DNA of 61,327 nucleotides, counting the filler. It is 6 parts of 6 records of this genome, joined end to end, with 100 filler letters (N's around TTAATTAATTAA, not from the genome) between each part and the next. Parts side by side here need not be neighbours in the genome. Positions count along the whole stretch, not along the records: positions 42,595 to 55,845 come from SRR31156797_8905; positions 55,946 to 61,327 come from SRR31156797_8930; 4 more parts are not named here. One strand, 5' to 3'. Within the stretch, counting starts at the first letter, position 1; each line of letters begins with the position of its first letter. A program made the position numbers and the translations under genes. Below are positions 49,717 through 59,693 of the stretch, piece after piece. The notes beneath the pieces are model-generated. The model searched no databases and was not told the DNA's origin. It was given only the letters and a program-made list of their open reading frames with translations.

Positions 49717-51159
49717 ATGGGTAAACTTGTAGGCCTGATACCAGCAGCTGGCAAAGGGGTACGCGCGAGACCCTATACAAGTCTGATTCCAAAAGGAATG
49801 CTCCCGGTCAATGGTAAGCCCAATCTGGAACGGATCATCTGTCTGATGCGGGATCAGCTCGGGATTGATGAAATATACATGACCGTTGGCTATCTCTCTG
49901 GAGTGATCAAGGACTACTTCAAGGATGGGCAGTGGTTAGGGGTTAAACTGTATTATATCGATAATGCCGAACTTGACAAAGGGTTGGCCTGGTCTATCCT
50001 GCTTGCTGGACAAAATATATCGGATCCCTGCTGCGTCATGTTAAGTGATGAATGTTATATCGCTTCCAATCACGCGGAACTGCTCGATATCGATTATGAG
50101 CATGCCCTTGTCACCTGTACGGTCATGGATGCTGATGATACCAAGTTGATTAAACGCAACTACTCGGTCCATAAAGAGGGTACCAGGGTGCGTAACTTGG
50201 TGGAAAAACCACAAGTACTGCAAAACAATCTGTTAGGACTGGGAACCTTTATCCTGACTCCTGATTTTTTCCCGCTCCTTGCAAGTGCCTTTGAGCAGTC
50301 CGCGGATGGCTATGTTGAATTTGTAACCTTTCTTGATTCGTTATGCAGCAAGGACCCAGGTGTTGTCTGTTTTGAGATTACGGGCACCTATGTCAATATA
50401 AACGATAGGGACAGTCTTAATCTTGCAAGGTATTACGAGCGCAACATCAACTTTGATGAAAATCATATTACCTTGCTGCTCTATTCCGAAGGTGTTGAGG
50501 GAAATATTGATTTTACCATCAATCGCTATAGGCGAAATCGATCGGTTGATACAATCTATGTAGTTGTACCGTTTGTAAATACTGTAGAAGAAAAAATTCG
50601 GTCCTGCGGGGCACATGTTATCCGCTGTCCACAGGATATCATACTGTATGGTGAAAAGTTGCGGTATGCACTGGATCGTGTCCCCGGTGATATCATTGTC
50701 TTGGCTGAAGCTGACTATACCTTTCCGGAGCATGATATCTACAAATTGCTCCAGTATGTCAAAGAGGCTGATATGGTGGTTGGTACAAGGACCAGCAGGC
50801 AGCTGATTGAACAGGGGTCGGACATGCGGGGGCTGGTGAGGATTGCTAATATCCTGCTAGCCAAATTTATAGAGATGCTCTGGTGGCGTCGTGAAGTGAG
50901 GATATCTGATGTTGGCTGCACATTCCGGGCAATGTGGCGTTCCTGTTATGATGACCTCAGAGATAAATTGGACGGTAACGGACCTGAGTTGCTTGCCGAG
51001 ATGGCGGTGGAGATTTTAACTGATCGCAAGCGGATGATCGAGATACCAGTCAACTACTATAATCGCAGTACTGCGATGTTTGAAAAATATCGAAATCGGA
51101 AAACTTTTCTCCGTATTTTGCTGATGATAGCCAGAAAGCGGTTAATGAAAAGCCGTTAA
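49717..51159 (+). CDS. Nucleotidyltransferase-GT2 fusion protein
   Basis: N-terminal GLIPAAGKGVR..PKGMLPV, LVEKP, NINDRDSL; C-terminal GT2-like EADYTF, DMVVGTR, DVGCTFRA, EIPVNY. Confidence 0.82.
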   Translation: MGKLVGLIPAAGKGVRARPYTSLIPKGMLPVNGKPNLERIICLMRDQLGIDEIYMTVGYLSGVIKDYFKDGQWLGVKLYYIDNAELDKGLAWSILLAGQNISDPCCVMLSDECYIASNHAELLDIDYEHALVTCTVMDADDTKLIKRNYSVHKEGTRVRNLVEKPQVLQNNLLGLGTFILTPDFFPLLASAFEQSADGYVEFVTFLDSLCSKDPGVVCFEITGTYVNINDRDSLNLARYYERNINFDENHITLLLYSEGVEGNIDFTINRYRRNRSVDTIYVVVPFVNTVEEKIRSCGAHVIRCPQDIILYGEKLRYALDRVPGDIIVLAEADYTFPEHDIYKLLQYVKEADMVVGTRTSRQLIEQGSDMRGLVRIANILLAKFIEMLWWRREVRISDVGCTFRAMWRSCYDDLRDKLDGNGPELLAEMAVEILTDRKRMIEIPVNYYNRSTAMFEKYRNRKTFLRILLMIARKRLMKSR

Positions 51160-51241
51160 CCACGGTTGCTATGGCACAGAAGAAAGGAGGGCGGCCCCGC
51201 TGAGCAGTCTGATGCTGCTGAGAGGGACCATGGAAAAATGG

Positions 51242-51673
51242 TTATGCTGGGTCCTGGATGTCAATCACTGAAACCTCAAAATGGAGTGTCATCCCGGCCA
51301 GTGGATGGTTGAAGTCAACAACCATCGTTTTTCTTTTATCTTCATACACAACGCCTTTCACCTTTTGTCCTTTGGGGCCGATAGCTGTGATCTGTTCACC
51401 TATTACCCGTGCTTCTATTGGAATATGTTCACGTGGAACCTCGATTAATGCCTCGAGTGTAACTTCTCCGTATCCCTCTTCGGGTTCCACTATAAAGGAT
51501 TTTTGTTCGCCCACGGACATTCCGGTAAGCGCTTTTTCCATCCCTCTAACTATCTCTCCTGTACCGTGAGTGTAGACGAGCGGGTCTTCTTCCAGGGTAC
51601 TTTCATATACCTTGCCGTTATCCAATGTTAACACATAGTTGACGGTAACGGATTTCCCTTCACTGACGTTCAT
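51242..51673 (-). CDS. slyD: FKBP-type peptidyl-prolyl isomerase (SlyD/SlpA-like, no His-rich tail)
   Basis: VTVNYVL, PLVYTHG, GMEKAL, PEEGYG, VDFNHPLAGMTLHFEV. ATG at 51673 after AAGGA. Confidence 0.88.
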   Translation of the reverse strand: MNVSEGKSVTVNYVLTLDNGKVYESTLEEDPLVYTHGTGEIVRGMEKALTGMSVGEQKSFIVEPEEGYGEVTLEALIEVPREHIPIEARVIGEQITAIGPKGQKVKGVVYEDKRKTMVVDFNHPLAGMTLHFEVSVIDIQDPA

Positions 51674-51704
51674 ATTTTCCTTATTGGTTGTATTGTTGTT
51701 GCTG

Positions 51705-53117
51705 TTAGCATATGGCTGAGTTAGCGGTTCTACTGATAATCTCTTTTGCGGGGATAAGGGCTGTTGCTGTGGCAGAAACAATATTGCCGGCCACACCTGG
51801 CCCGTCACCAGCAACAAAGAGTCCTGTTACTGCTGTTTCCAGATTGTTGCTTGTTGCGACCTGGGTTGCAAAAAATTTTATTTCAGGTGCATAGAGCAGG
51901 GTTTCGTCATTGGCGACTCCTGGTACAATTTGGTTGAGCTGTTGCAGGCCATCCACCAGATTGGTGAGGATCCTTTCCGGCAGAGCCATGGCAATGTCGC
52001 CGCAGGTAACATTGGTAAGCGTTGGTTCAATGTAGCTGTTGTGGATTCGATTCCAGGTAGACCGACGGCCTCTTTTTAGATCGCCAAATCGTTGCAAAAT
52101 TGGTTTGCCGCCGCCTATAAGGGTGGCCAGCTTGCCAATGGACTCTCCGTAGGCTTGATTGTCTTCAACCGGATCCGTGAGAACGACTTTGGAGAGAAAG
52201 GCAAAATTGGAATTTTCTGATTTGCGGTCCATCAGCGCATGGCCGTTGACACAGACAAAATCCTGATAGTTTTCTAAGGCAACAAAACCACCGAAATTAG
52301 TACAAAATGTTCGAGTCTGATCATCGTACTTGGCGGTACGGATGAAGAAAGTAGGATCATAGATGATGGAGCAGAGATCCTGCATGATCTCGTTATGCAC
52401 CTCAACCCTTACCCCCACTTCAATTCCTCGTTGGGACACGTCTATATTGTGGCGCTTGGCAACTCCTGCGACCCACTCTGCACCGACCCTTCCAGGTGCA
52501 AGAATGACGTGTGGAGCCTCGTAGGTACCTTTTTTGGTGACGACTCCGGTAACCTTTCCCTCTGTGACAAGAATATCTTCAACTACTTCGGAATGATGAA
52601 AGCTAACCCCTTTGTCAGCAATATATTGCCGCATTCCATCGATATGGCGGGGAAGATTGTCGCTGCCAAGATGTTTTTGTTTGATGAGCAGGAGGTCGAT
52701 GCCGCATTTTCTGGCATCTTTGCGGATAGAGTTGGCGGCGTCGCGATTGGTAGGGAAAACTTGTCCGTCCATACCGAAACGGTTGAAAATCTCTTCTGTT
52801 TCGTCGATCAATGCGCAAGCGTCAGAGGTCGAGAGGAATTGGGTCAGATCTGTTTTCCCGAGTTTATGGATAAAGTTGAGCTTACCGTCAGAAAAAAGTC
52901 CTGCGCCGCCTATGCCGCAAAGAATATTACACGGTTGACACTTGATGCAGCCTTTGTCGCCAATGGGACATTTCCGTTCTAGAGGAGGTTTTCCCTTTTC
53001 AATGACAAGCACACGCAGAGTAGAGTGTTCGCAAAGATAGTAAGCCGCGAACAGACCTGCTGGCCCGCCACCGACGATTATAACATCATACTGCGCTGTG
53101 TTCTTGATGGTATCCAT
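51705..53117 (-). CDS. Uncharacterised NAD(P)/FAD-dependent oxidoreductase
   Basis: DVIIVGGGPAG, CxxCxxC (CIKCQPC), GIGGAGLFSDGKL, RTFCTN, VNGH, LFVAGDGPG. Confidence 0.88.
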   Translation of the reverse strand: MDTIKNTAQYDVIIVGGGPAGLFAAYYLCEHSTLRVLVIEKGKPPLERKCPIGDKGCIKCQPCNILCGIGGAGLFSDGKLNFIHKLGKTDLTQFLSTSDACALIDETEEIFNRFGMDGQVFPTNRDAANSIRKDARKCGIDLLLIKQKHLGSDNLPRHIDGMRQYIADKGVSFHHSEVVEDILVTEGKVTGVVTKKGTYEAPHVILAPGRVGAEWVAGVAKRHNIDVSQRGIEVGVRVEVHNEIMQDLCSIIYDPTFFIRTAKYDDQTRTFCTNFGGFVALENYQDFVCVNGHALMDRKSENSNFAFLSKVVLTDPVEDNQAYGESIGKLATLIGGGKPILQRFGDLKRGRRSTWNRIHNSYIEPTLTNVTCGDIAMALPERILTNLVDGLQQLNQIVPGVANDETLLYAPEIKFFATQVATSNNLETAVTGLFVAGDGPGVAGNIVSATATALIPAKEIISRTANSAIC

Positions 53118-53419
53118 TATACGTTTCTCGGTAATAGAATTCTTACTATAACTCTCTATACATCTTCGACCTGTGTGGGATGCACACAGTTTTTTAAGCC
53201 GCCTCTCTTTCTGCCATATTTACTCTGCCTTGGCTAGAGCAAATTTTATAGAGTAAGGTTGTTGCTTGAAAAACAGTTTGCGGATATCTCGTATGAGGAA
53301 TACCATAAAGTATAAGGGCTTAATGAAAAAAATAATCTGGCACTGGAGTGGATATTGCCAAGGGGGAAGTTTCTTGGTTTGAGTCCTGAACCGCAACAGT
53401 TCGAATGGAGAAAGGGAGC

Positions 53420-54703
53420 ATGCAAGCAAGTGATTTGATTGTTCAGCAACTGGGGGAGTGCAGTATTCATTCTCCCATGCAAAGTGTCTGTTTTACCGAT
53501 GTTGCAGAATCAGTGCTTTACCATAATCAGTACCAGGATCTGCAGCCCTACGTTGAGCAAGGATTAACCCCGCCTTCTTTTCAAATGGCTGGTCCCCGCG
53601 AAAAAATATTTTTTGATTCTGCAACCCTGTCCTGCGGTATTGTTACCTGTGGTGGCCTTTGCCCGGGGCTTAACGATGTGATCAGGTCTATCGTGTTGAG
53701 CCTGCATTATCATTATAATGTGAAAAAGGTGCTTGGTTTTCGATACGGCTATGAAGGCTTAAACCCCTCTTATTACCATACCCCGATGGAGTTGACACCT
53801 GATCTGGTAGAAGGGATCCACTTGCAGGGGGGCAGTGTATTAGGGTCGTCCCGAGGGCCCCAGGACGTGGGCGTTATTGTAGATACCTTGGTCCAGCTGA
53901 ATATTGGGATTCTTTTTACCATTGGTGGGGATGGAACCTTACGCGGAGCAGCGGCCATAGCAGAGGAAATTTCGCGTAGGGGGCTTCATATTTCAGTGGT
54001 CGGTATTCCTAAAACTATAGATAATGATATCTGCCATGTGGATTTTTCCTTTGGCTATGAAACCGCAGTGGCAGAATCTCGCCACTCGACCTATGCTGCC
54101 CATGTTGAGGCCGTTGGTGCTCGAAACGGAGTAGGTTTGGTTAAGCTGATGGGGCGTGAGTCAGGCTTTATTGCTGCCTCGGCAGCCTTGGCCAACAATG
54201 AGGTGAATTTCTGTCTCATCCCCGAGGTACCCTTTAAACTGGAAGTCTTGCTTGAGGCTCTTGAACGAAGGCTTCGGCTGCGAGGGCATGCTGTGATTGT
54301 GGTTGGCGAAGGGGCAGGTCAAAATCTTTTTTCTGAAAACCTGGGTCAGGATGCTTCTGGTAACAGCAAATTGGCAGATATCGGTTTGTTTTTGCGAGAT
54401 ACGATTAAAGAGTATTTCAAGAAAGCCGGGATGGAGATGACCCTGAAATATATTGATCCCAGCTATATGATACGTTCCATGCCTGCCTCGGCATATGATA
54501 GTGCCTTTTGCCTACAGCTAGGGCATTACGCCGTTCATGCCGGGATGGCGGGAATGACCAATGTACTTATTGGCCACTGGAATAGTCGTTTTACCCATGT
54601 GCCAATCCCACTTGCCACAGAGGGACGGAAAAAAGTCGATCCCCAAGGGAGATTATGGTCTAGTGTGCTGGCTGCCACTGGGCAACCAGCAGAACTTTTG
54701 TAG
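53420..54703 (+). CDS. pfkA: ATP-dependent 6-phosphofructokinase (group X type)
   Basis: GIVTCGGLCPGLNDVIR, GGDG (Gly indicates ATP use), PKTIDND, KLMGRESG, YIDPSYMIRS. Confidence 0.93.
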   Translation: MQASDLIVQQLGECSIHSPMQSVCFTDVAESVLYHNQYQDLQPYVEQGLTPPSFQMAGPREKIFFDSATLSCGIVTCGGLCPGLNDVIRSIVLSLHYHYNVKKVLGFRYGYEGLNPSYYHTPMELTPDLVEGIHLQGGSVLGSSRGPQDVGVIVDTLVQLNIGILFTIGGDGTLRGAAAIAEEISRRGLHISVVGIPKTIDNDICHVDFSFGYETAVAESRHSTYAAHVEAVGARNGVGLVKLMGRESGFIAASAALANNEVNFCLIPEVPFKLEVLLEALERRLRLRGHAVIVVGEGAGQNLFSENLGQDASGNSKLADIGLFLRDTIKEYFKKAGMEMTLKYIDPSYMIRSMPASAYDSAFCLQLGHYAVHAGMAGMTNVLIGHWNSRFTHVPIPLATEGRKKVDPQGRLWSSVLAATGQPAELL

Positions 54704-54737
54704 TTGGGAGGATTGCTGAAAAAAGAGGGAAGGGAAA

Positions 54738-55286
54738 ATGCAAAACGATACCCACTTGATATGGATTGACCTGGAAATGACCGGTTGTAATCCCTTTACC
54801 GATCACATTATTGAAGTGGCTACCATTGTCACAGATTCTGAGCTTCAAATTCTCTCAGAAGGGCCCGTTCTCGCCATTCACCAGGAGGAGGAAATATTAG
54901 CGGGCATGGATGACTGGAATACGTCACACCACACCCAGTCCGGTCTTGTCGATCGGGTCCGGCAGAGTAGCGTCGATTACCGAGAGGCAGAACGTCTTAC
55001 CCTTGAGTGCCTTCGCCATTGGGTGCCGCAGGGGAAGTCCCCTATGTGCGGGAATTCCATCTGCCAAGATCGTCGATTTCTTGGTCGGTTTATGCCTGAT
55101 TTAGAGGCCTATTTCCATTATAGAAATATTGATGTCTCAACCCTCAAGGAACTGGCACACCGGTGGGCTCCAGAGTTGGCTCTGGGGGTTAGAAAGCGTC
55201 ACCAGCATGTGGCCTTGGCAGATATAAAAGAATCCATAGAAGAATTGCGTTACTACCGGAATTGTTTTATTAGCTGCCAGGGTTGA
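54738..55286 (+). CDS. orn: Oligoribonuclease
   Basis: [67 protein letters not shown]. Confidence 0.96.
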   Translation: MQNDTHLIWIDLEMTGCNPFTDHIIEVATIVTDSELQILSEGPVLAIHQEEEILAGMDDWNTSHHTQSGLVDRVRQSSVDYREAERLTLECLRHWVPQGKSPMCGNSICQDRRFLGRFMPDLEAYFHYRNIDVSTLKELAHRWAPELALGVRKRHQHVALADIKESIEELRYYRNCFISCQG

Positions 55287-55367
55287 GCACTGCTTTTTAA
55301 AACAGGCAGCGGTCAACCCATTACTGGCCATCGTGCATTTTTTCGCATGACGAGGAGGAGTCAGAGC

Positions 55368-55845
55368 TTATCTGCTGTTTACCTCGACGCCCCATATCTC
55401 CTCGGCATAATCCCTGATTGTTCTATCGCTTGAAAATTTGCCGATCCTGGCCACATTGAGAATCGATCTCCGAGTCCATTCATCCGTATCAGCAAAGCAG
55501 TCGTTGACCGTCCGTTGACAAGCCAGGTATGATTCAAGGTCCAGCAGCAGGTGGTACTGGTCATTTTCATTGAGCAGGTCGTTGACCAAAGGGCGAAACA
55601 GGTTGGTATCGCCCTGGCTGAAGACGCCTTCTGCAAGGGTATCAATGATTTTACGAACCACCGGGTTTTGTTCGTAAATTTGGTAGGGCTTTCTGGATTT
55701 ACATTTTTTTTCATATGCAGCCTCTTCGGCTGTCATCCCAAAAATAAAGATATTATTTTCTCCCACTTCTTCCCTGATTTCTATATTGGCTCCATCCAAG
55801 GTGCCAATTGTCAGGGCCCCGTTTAAGGCAAATTTCATATTTCCG
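55368..55845 (-). CDS. glgP: Glycogen/starch phosphorylase, 3' part
   Basis: GNMKFALNGALTIGTLDGANIEI (PLP lysine), GKFSSDRTIRDYAEEIW. Confidence 0.96.
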
Positions 55846-55945
55846 NNNNNNNNNNNNNNNNNNNNNNNNNNNNNNNNNNNNNNNNNNNNTTAATTAATTA
55901 ANNNNNNNNNNNNNNNNNNNNNNNNNNNNNNNNNNNNNNNNNNNN
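55846..55945. other. Artificial contig spacer
   Basis: N run with central TTAATTAATTAA. Confidence 0.99.
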
Positions 55946-55946
55946 A

Positions 55947-56585
55947 TGGCTCGAAGAGGTCCTTTTCTACTATATCAACTACGGCTGCAACGAATGGATT
56001 GCCGTCAGTTACGGGGCTCTTTTCCTGGCCATGATGGTCTATCGGCTGGGGATAGATATCGGAGTCAAGGTTTCGGTCACTCTGGGGCATGATAACCCCT
56101 TTCATATTTTCTGGACTTTGATGACCGGGAAACTTCTGCAGAGGCCCGACGGCTCCACCGCTCTGGTGGGACTTAATTTCAGCAACTCGGTGAACACCGA
56201 TACAATCCTTCAGAGTGCGTCGATGCGTAAAGAACTGGGCTTTGAAACAGAAGTCCGGTATGAGCACCATATTACCGAGCCTCATCTGGGGGTTGTCCGG
56301 CAGCCATACCTGAGGCGTGACCAGCTGGTGGAAATCGCCGACAGTGTATCCAACCTTTCAGCCAAGCACGAAGGCGGGGAGCCGGATGTGGAAGCACAGA
56401 GGGACCACCCCTCTAATCATCTGGAGAACTTCCGAACCCGGGAGGAGATCCTCTCTTCCGGTGAAATGGAAGGGATGGAGCAGAATTATATGGATAAACA
56501 TCATTCGCTTAATCTGACAGCCCGGGCATTGACAGAGGCGGGAAGGAGCTTTATCGGGGCTCCCGGCCTTCATGGAACTGTATAA
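55947..56585 (+). CDS. 3' part of an uncharacterised protein directly upstream of panB
   Basis: Frame is open from the contig edge (WLEEVLFYYINYG...), with enzyme-like motifs GHDNP, NFSNSVN, EHHITE, RQPY, SAKHEGG, YMDKH. Confidence 0.8.
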   Translation, partial: WLEEVLFYYINYGCNEWIAVSYGALFLAMMVYRLGIDIGVKVSVTLGHDNPFHIFWTLMTGKLLQRPDGSTALVGLNFSNSVNTDTILQSASMRKELGFETEVRYEHHITEPHLGVVRQPYLRRDQLVEIADSVSNLSAKHEGGEPDVEAQRDHPSNHLENFRTREEILSSGEMEGMEQNYMDKHHSLNLTARALTEAGRSFIGAPGLHGTV

Positions 56586-56603
56586 ACAAGAAAGGAGAAA
56601 ACA

Positions 56604-57461
56604 ATGGGAAGAAAAAGAATTTCAATTAACGATCTGTATAAAATGAAAAAAGAAGGGGAGAAGATCGTCTGGCTTACCGCTTACGATTTTCCCACCGCCC
56701 AGTTTGCCGAAGAGGCGGGTATCGAGATGCTTTTGGTCGGTGACAGTCTGGGGATGTGTGTCTACGGTTACAGCGGGACCGTCCCTGTGACTATGGACCA
56801 GTGTGTGGTTCATGCCGAAGCCGTACGCAGGGGTGCTCCCTCCGCTTTTGTCGTAGGAGACATGCCCTTCCTGAGTTACCAGGTCTCCGATGCCGATGCT
56901 GTATCTAACGCCGGCCGGTTCCTGAAAGAAGCGGACGTGGACGCTATCAAGCTGGAGGGGGGCGTTCGGATTGCTTCCCGGATTCGGGCCATCGTGGATG
57001 CGGGGATTGTCGTCATCGGTCATATCGGTCTGACACCCCAGAGTTCAGGTCAGCTCGGAGGTCACAAAGCCCAGGGACGAACCGTTGAATCCGCCAGGAC
57101 TTTGATTGAGGATGCTATGGCCGTCTACGAAGCCGGAGCCCATATGCTCCTTCTGGAAGCAGTTCCACCCGAGGTGGCGGAGTTTATCACGAAAAAACTG
57201 CCTATTCCCGTTCTTTCCATCGGTGCCGGCATGCACTGTGACGGTCAGCTCCTTATCGTCTCGGATATGATTGGTCAGTTCCAGGCCTTTACACCCAAGT
57301 TCGTCAAGAAATACGCCAACGTGGCCAAGGTTGTCACAGAGGCCATGGGCGATTATCTGAAAGAGGTTAAAGGGGGCCAGTTCCCCCTGGATGAACATTG
57401 CTATCATATCATCAAAGGTCAGGAAGAGGGGATGGATAAGCTCTTCAAGGAATTCACCTAA
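56604..57461 (+). CDS. panB: 3-methyl-2-oxobutanoate hydroxymethyltransferase
   Basis: LTAYD, LLVGDSLGM, GDMPFLSY, IKLEGG, GHIGLTPQS, IGAG..CDGQLL, PKFVKKY. Confidence 0.95.
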   Translation: MGRKRISINDLYKMKKEGEKIVWLTAYDFPTAQFAEEAGIEMLLVGDSLGMCVYGYSGTVPVTMDQCVVHAEAVRRGAPSAFVVGDMPFLSYQVSDADAVSNAGRFLKEADVDAIKLEGGVRIASRIRAIVDAGIVVIGHIGLTPQSSGQLGGHKAQGRTVESARTLIEDAMAVYEAGAHMLLLEAVPPEVAEFITKKLPIPVLSIGAGMHCDGQLLIVSDMIGQFQAFTPKFVKKYANVAKVVTEAMGDYLKEVKGGQFPLDEHCYHIIKGQEEGMDKLFKEFT

Positions 57462-57473
57462 AGGGGCGGGAGA

Positions 57474-58892
57474 ATGAGTGAAATAACAGATAGAATCCCC
57501 CTCATGTCCCCGGCGGATGTGACTTTGATACATGATAAATCGGTGGAACTCCTTCGGGACACCGGTTTCCGTTTCGCCGAATCCGATGAAGCGGTGGCGA
57601 TTTTCAAGAAGAATGGTTTTAAAACCGACGGTGATGTGGTCTTTTTCGACGAAGAGAAGATCCGGAAATGCCTGGCAACGGTGCCTTCCTCTTTCACAGT
57701 CCGGGCTCTGAATCCGGATAATAATTTTGAGCTGGGCGGAGGCAAGTTCGCTTTCAGCAACAATGCCGCACCGGCCTATGTTTATGATTCCGACCGGAAC
57801 CGCCGCTTTGCAGTGAAGGACGACTTTATAAACTTCCTTAAGATTGTTACCGGTACTGATGAGATCGATTTGATTCGGCCTTTCTTCGACGTGACAGACA
57901 AACCGGATGACGAGTTCGGCTGGCATATCAGATGGGCCCTGGAGTATGCGGACCGGGCGGTCAGCGGCAGCTCCCAGCTGGAAGTCGAGCTTACCGGTAT
58001 GGCTTTTGGAAAAACTGTAGAGCAGATGCGCCGGGAAGCCCAGGACGGATATTCTCATATTGTGGGTATTTGCAGTCCCCGGTCGCCCCTGGCCGTGGAA
58101 CCCGGGAATGTAGGATTCATGATGGCTCTTGCCCGATCCGGCGGTACCTGCAAGATTAGCCCCATGCCTATCGGCGGCATGACTGGTCCCATTACTCTTC
58201 CGGGGCTTTTGGTTCTGGAAAATGCGGAAGTCCTGGCCTGTACCTGTCTCCTTCAGCTGGTCAATCCCGGAAGTCCGGTGATCTACGGAGCTTTGGCCAC
58301 AACGGCGGATATGAAAACCACGGTTGCTGCTACCGCACCGCCCGAGTATTCCGGTTTTCTGGTCCGCGGTGCGGCGGCTATGGCGGCCTACTATGATTTT
58401 CCCGCCCGGATTGACGGGGCTCATACCGATGCCTGTGGTCTGGACTTTCAGGCCGGAGCCGAGTCGGCCATTCTCTATACGAATATTCTGCGAAGCGGTG
58501 GAAATATGATTGCCGGAGCAGGGGCTTTGGAAAGCAAGAATATGAGCTCGCTGGAAAAACTGGTTCTGGACATGGAGCTGATCCGGTATGCAAAAAAGAT
58601 GGTTGCCCCGGTGGAAATATCCGAAGAGACCCTGGCCCTGGATCTGATAAAGGAAAATGCCCGGGATGCCATGTATATCATGAGTGAACACACTATGAAT
58701 CATTTCAGGGAAGGATACGATCCAGAACTCTTCCAGCGGCTAGCCTATCCCATCTGGGAAGAGCGCGGCGGTAGGGACAGCTTTGACGTGGCCAAGAAGA
58801 AGGTTAAGGAACTTCTGGAAGGATACCAGAAACCGGACATTTTGCCTCCTTCGGTTTTGAAAGACATGGATAAGCTTTTGGAGAAGAAGTGA
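57474..58892 (+). CDS. Trimethylamine methyltransferase (MttB) superfamily, non-pyrrolysine
   Basis: IHDKSVELLRDTG, SPL, GMTGPITLPGLLVLENAEVLA, QLVNPGSPVIYG, DMKT, QAGAES, GALES, SLEKLVLDME, HTMNHFR. No in-frame TAG. Confidence 0.9.
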   Translation: MSEITDRIPLMSPADVTLIHDKSVELLRDTGFRFAESDEAVAIFKKNGFKTDGDVVFFDEEKIRKCLATVPSSFTVRALNPDNNFELGGGKFAFSNNAAPAYVYDSDRNRRFAVKDDFINFLKIVTGTDEIDLIRPFFDVTDKPDDEFGWHIRWALEYADRAVSGSSQLEVELTGMAFGKTVEQMRREAQDGYSHIVGICSPRSPLAVEPGNVGFMMALARSGGTCKISPMPIGGMTGPITLPGLLVLENAEVLACTCLLQLVNPGSPVIYGALATTADMKTTVAATAPPEYSGFLVRGAAAMAAYYDFPARIDGAHTDACGLDFQAGAESAILYTNILRSGGNMIAGAGALESKNMSSLEKLVLDMELIRYAKKMVAPVEISEETLALDLIKENARDAMYIMSEHTMNHFREGYDPELFQRLAYPIWEERGGRDSFDVAKKKVKELLEGYQKPDILPPSVLKDMDKLLEKK

Positions 58893-59677
58893 TGTTTTTC
58901 CCACACGACCGAAGTATCAGGTATATAGAAGAAAAAGGAACCGTAGGATACGGCATGGGGCTGGGTATTATCCTCCTGGATGATACCTATCCCGCTTTTC
59001 CCGGGGATGTGAGGAATCCTTCGGCTTATCCCTATCCTATTCAGTACGAGGTGGCCGAGGGGCTGGATATTGCGGAGCTTGTCACAAATCCGGAAAATCC
59101 TGTTCATCTGGATTCGGTTCTCAGGGCCGCCCGTAAGCTGGAGCGGATGGGGTGTAAAGCAATTCTGGGCGAATGCGGTTACTTTGTCTGGTTTCAGGAA
59201 GCGGTGGCCGCGGCGGTAAAGATTCCGGTCTTTATGTCCAGCCTTCTGCAGATCCCCTGGGCCCAGTCTGTCATTGGGAAGGATCGGGTGGTGGGACTGC
59301 TGATGTCCATGAAGAAGAGTCTTCAGCAGCGCCATCTGGACTGTGCCGGGGTTGTCACCGGTTCCAATTATGTTGTGGGCGGAGCTATGGACCGGGGGAA
59401 ATGCACCCAGTTCACCACCCTCTGGGGATTCGATGCCGGGAAGGCTTCATTGCGGAAGGCTGAGTACGGAAAGGCGGAAGAGGAGTTCGTGGGAGAGGGA
59501 GTTGCTTTCTTTAATGAGCATCCGAATATGGGTGCCATGGTGCTGGAATGTACCGGCTTTCCGCCTTTCGCCCGGGCTCTGCAGAGGGAAATCGGTATTC
59601 CTGTTTTCAGCTGGGGAACCTTGATGGATTTTGCCTTTTCAGTCTGCGTCCACCGGGACTATTACGGTCATATTTAA
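58889..59677 (+). CDS. Aspartate/glutamate (hydantoin) racemase superfamily protein
   Basis: [53 protein letters not shown] (two putative catalytic Cys). GTGA overlap with mttB. Confidence 0.85.
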   Translation: MMFFPHDRSIRYIEEKGTVGYGMGLGIILLDDTYPAFPGDVRNPSAYPYPIQYEVAEGLDIAELVTNPENPVHLDSVLRAARKLERMGCKAILGECGYFVWFQEAVAAAVKIPVFMSSLLQIPWAQSVIGKDRVVGLLMSMKKSLQQRHLDCAGVVTGSNYVVGGAMDRGKCTQFTTLWGFDAGKASLRKAEYGKAEEEFVGEGVAFFNEHPNMGAMVLECTGFPPFARALQREIGIPVFSWGTLMDFAFSVCVHRDYYGHI

Positions 59678-59693
59678 AGACGGAGGTGTTGTT

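Noticed and set aside
51674-51817. N-terminal extension of SlyD in the ORF track
   Set aside because: Overlaps the upstream oxidoreductase; the ATG at 51673 has an RBS and gives a normal FKBP start.
57045-58703. 552-aa minus-strand ORF
   Set aside because: Antisense to panB/mttB with typical shadow-ORF composition and no family motifs.
57474-58892. Pyrrolysine recoding in the MttB gene
   Set aside because: The ORF is uninterrupted, has no in-frame TAG, and no pyl genes are in the window.
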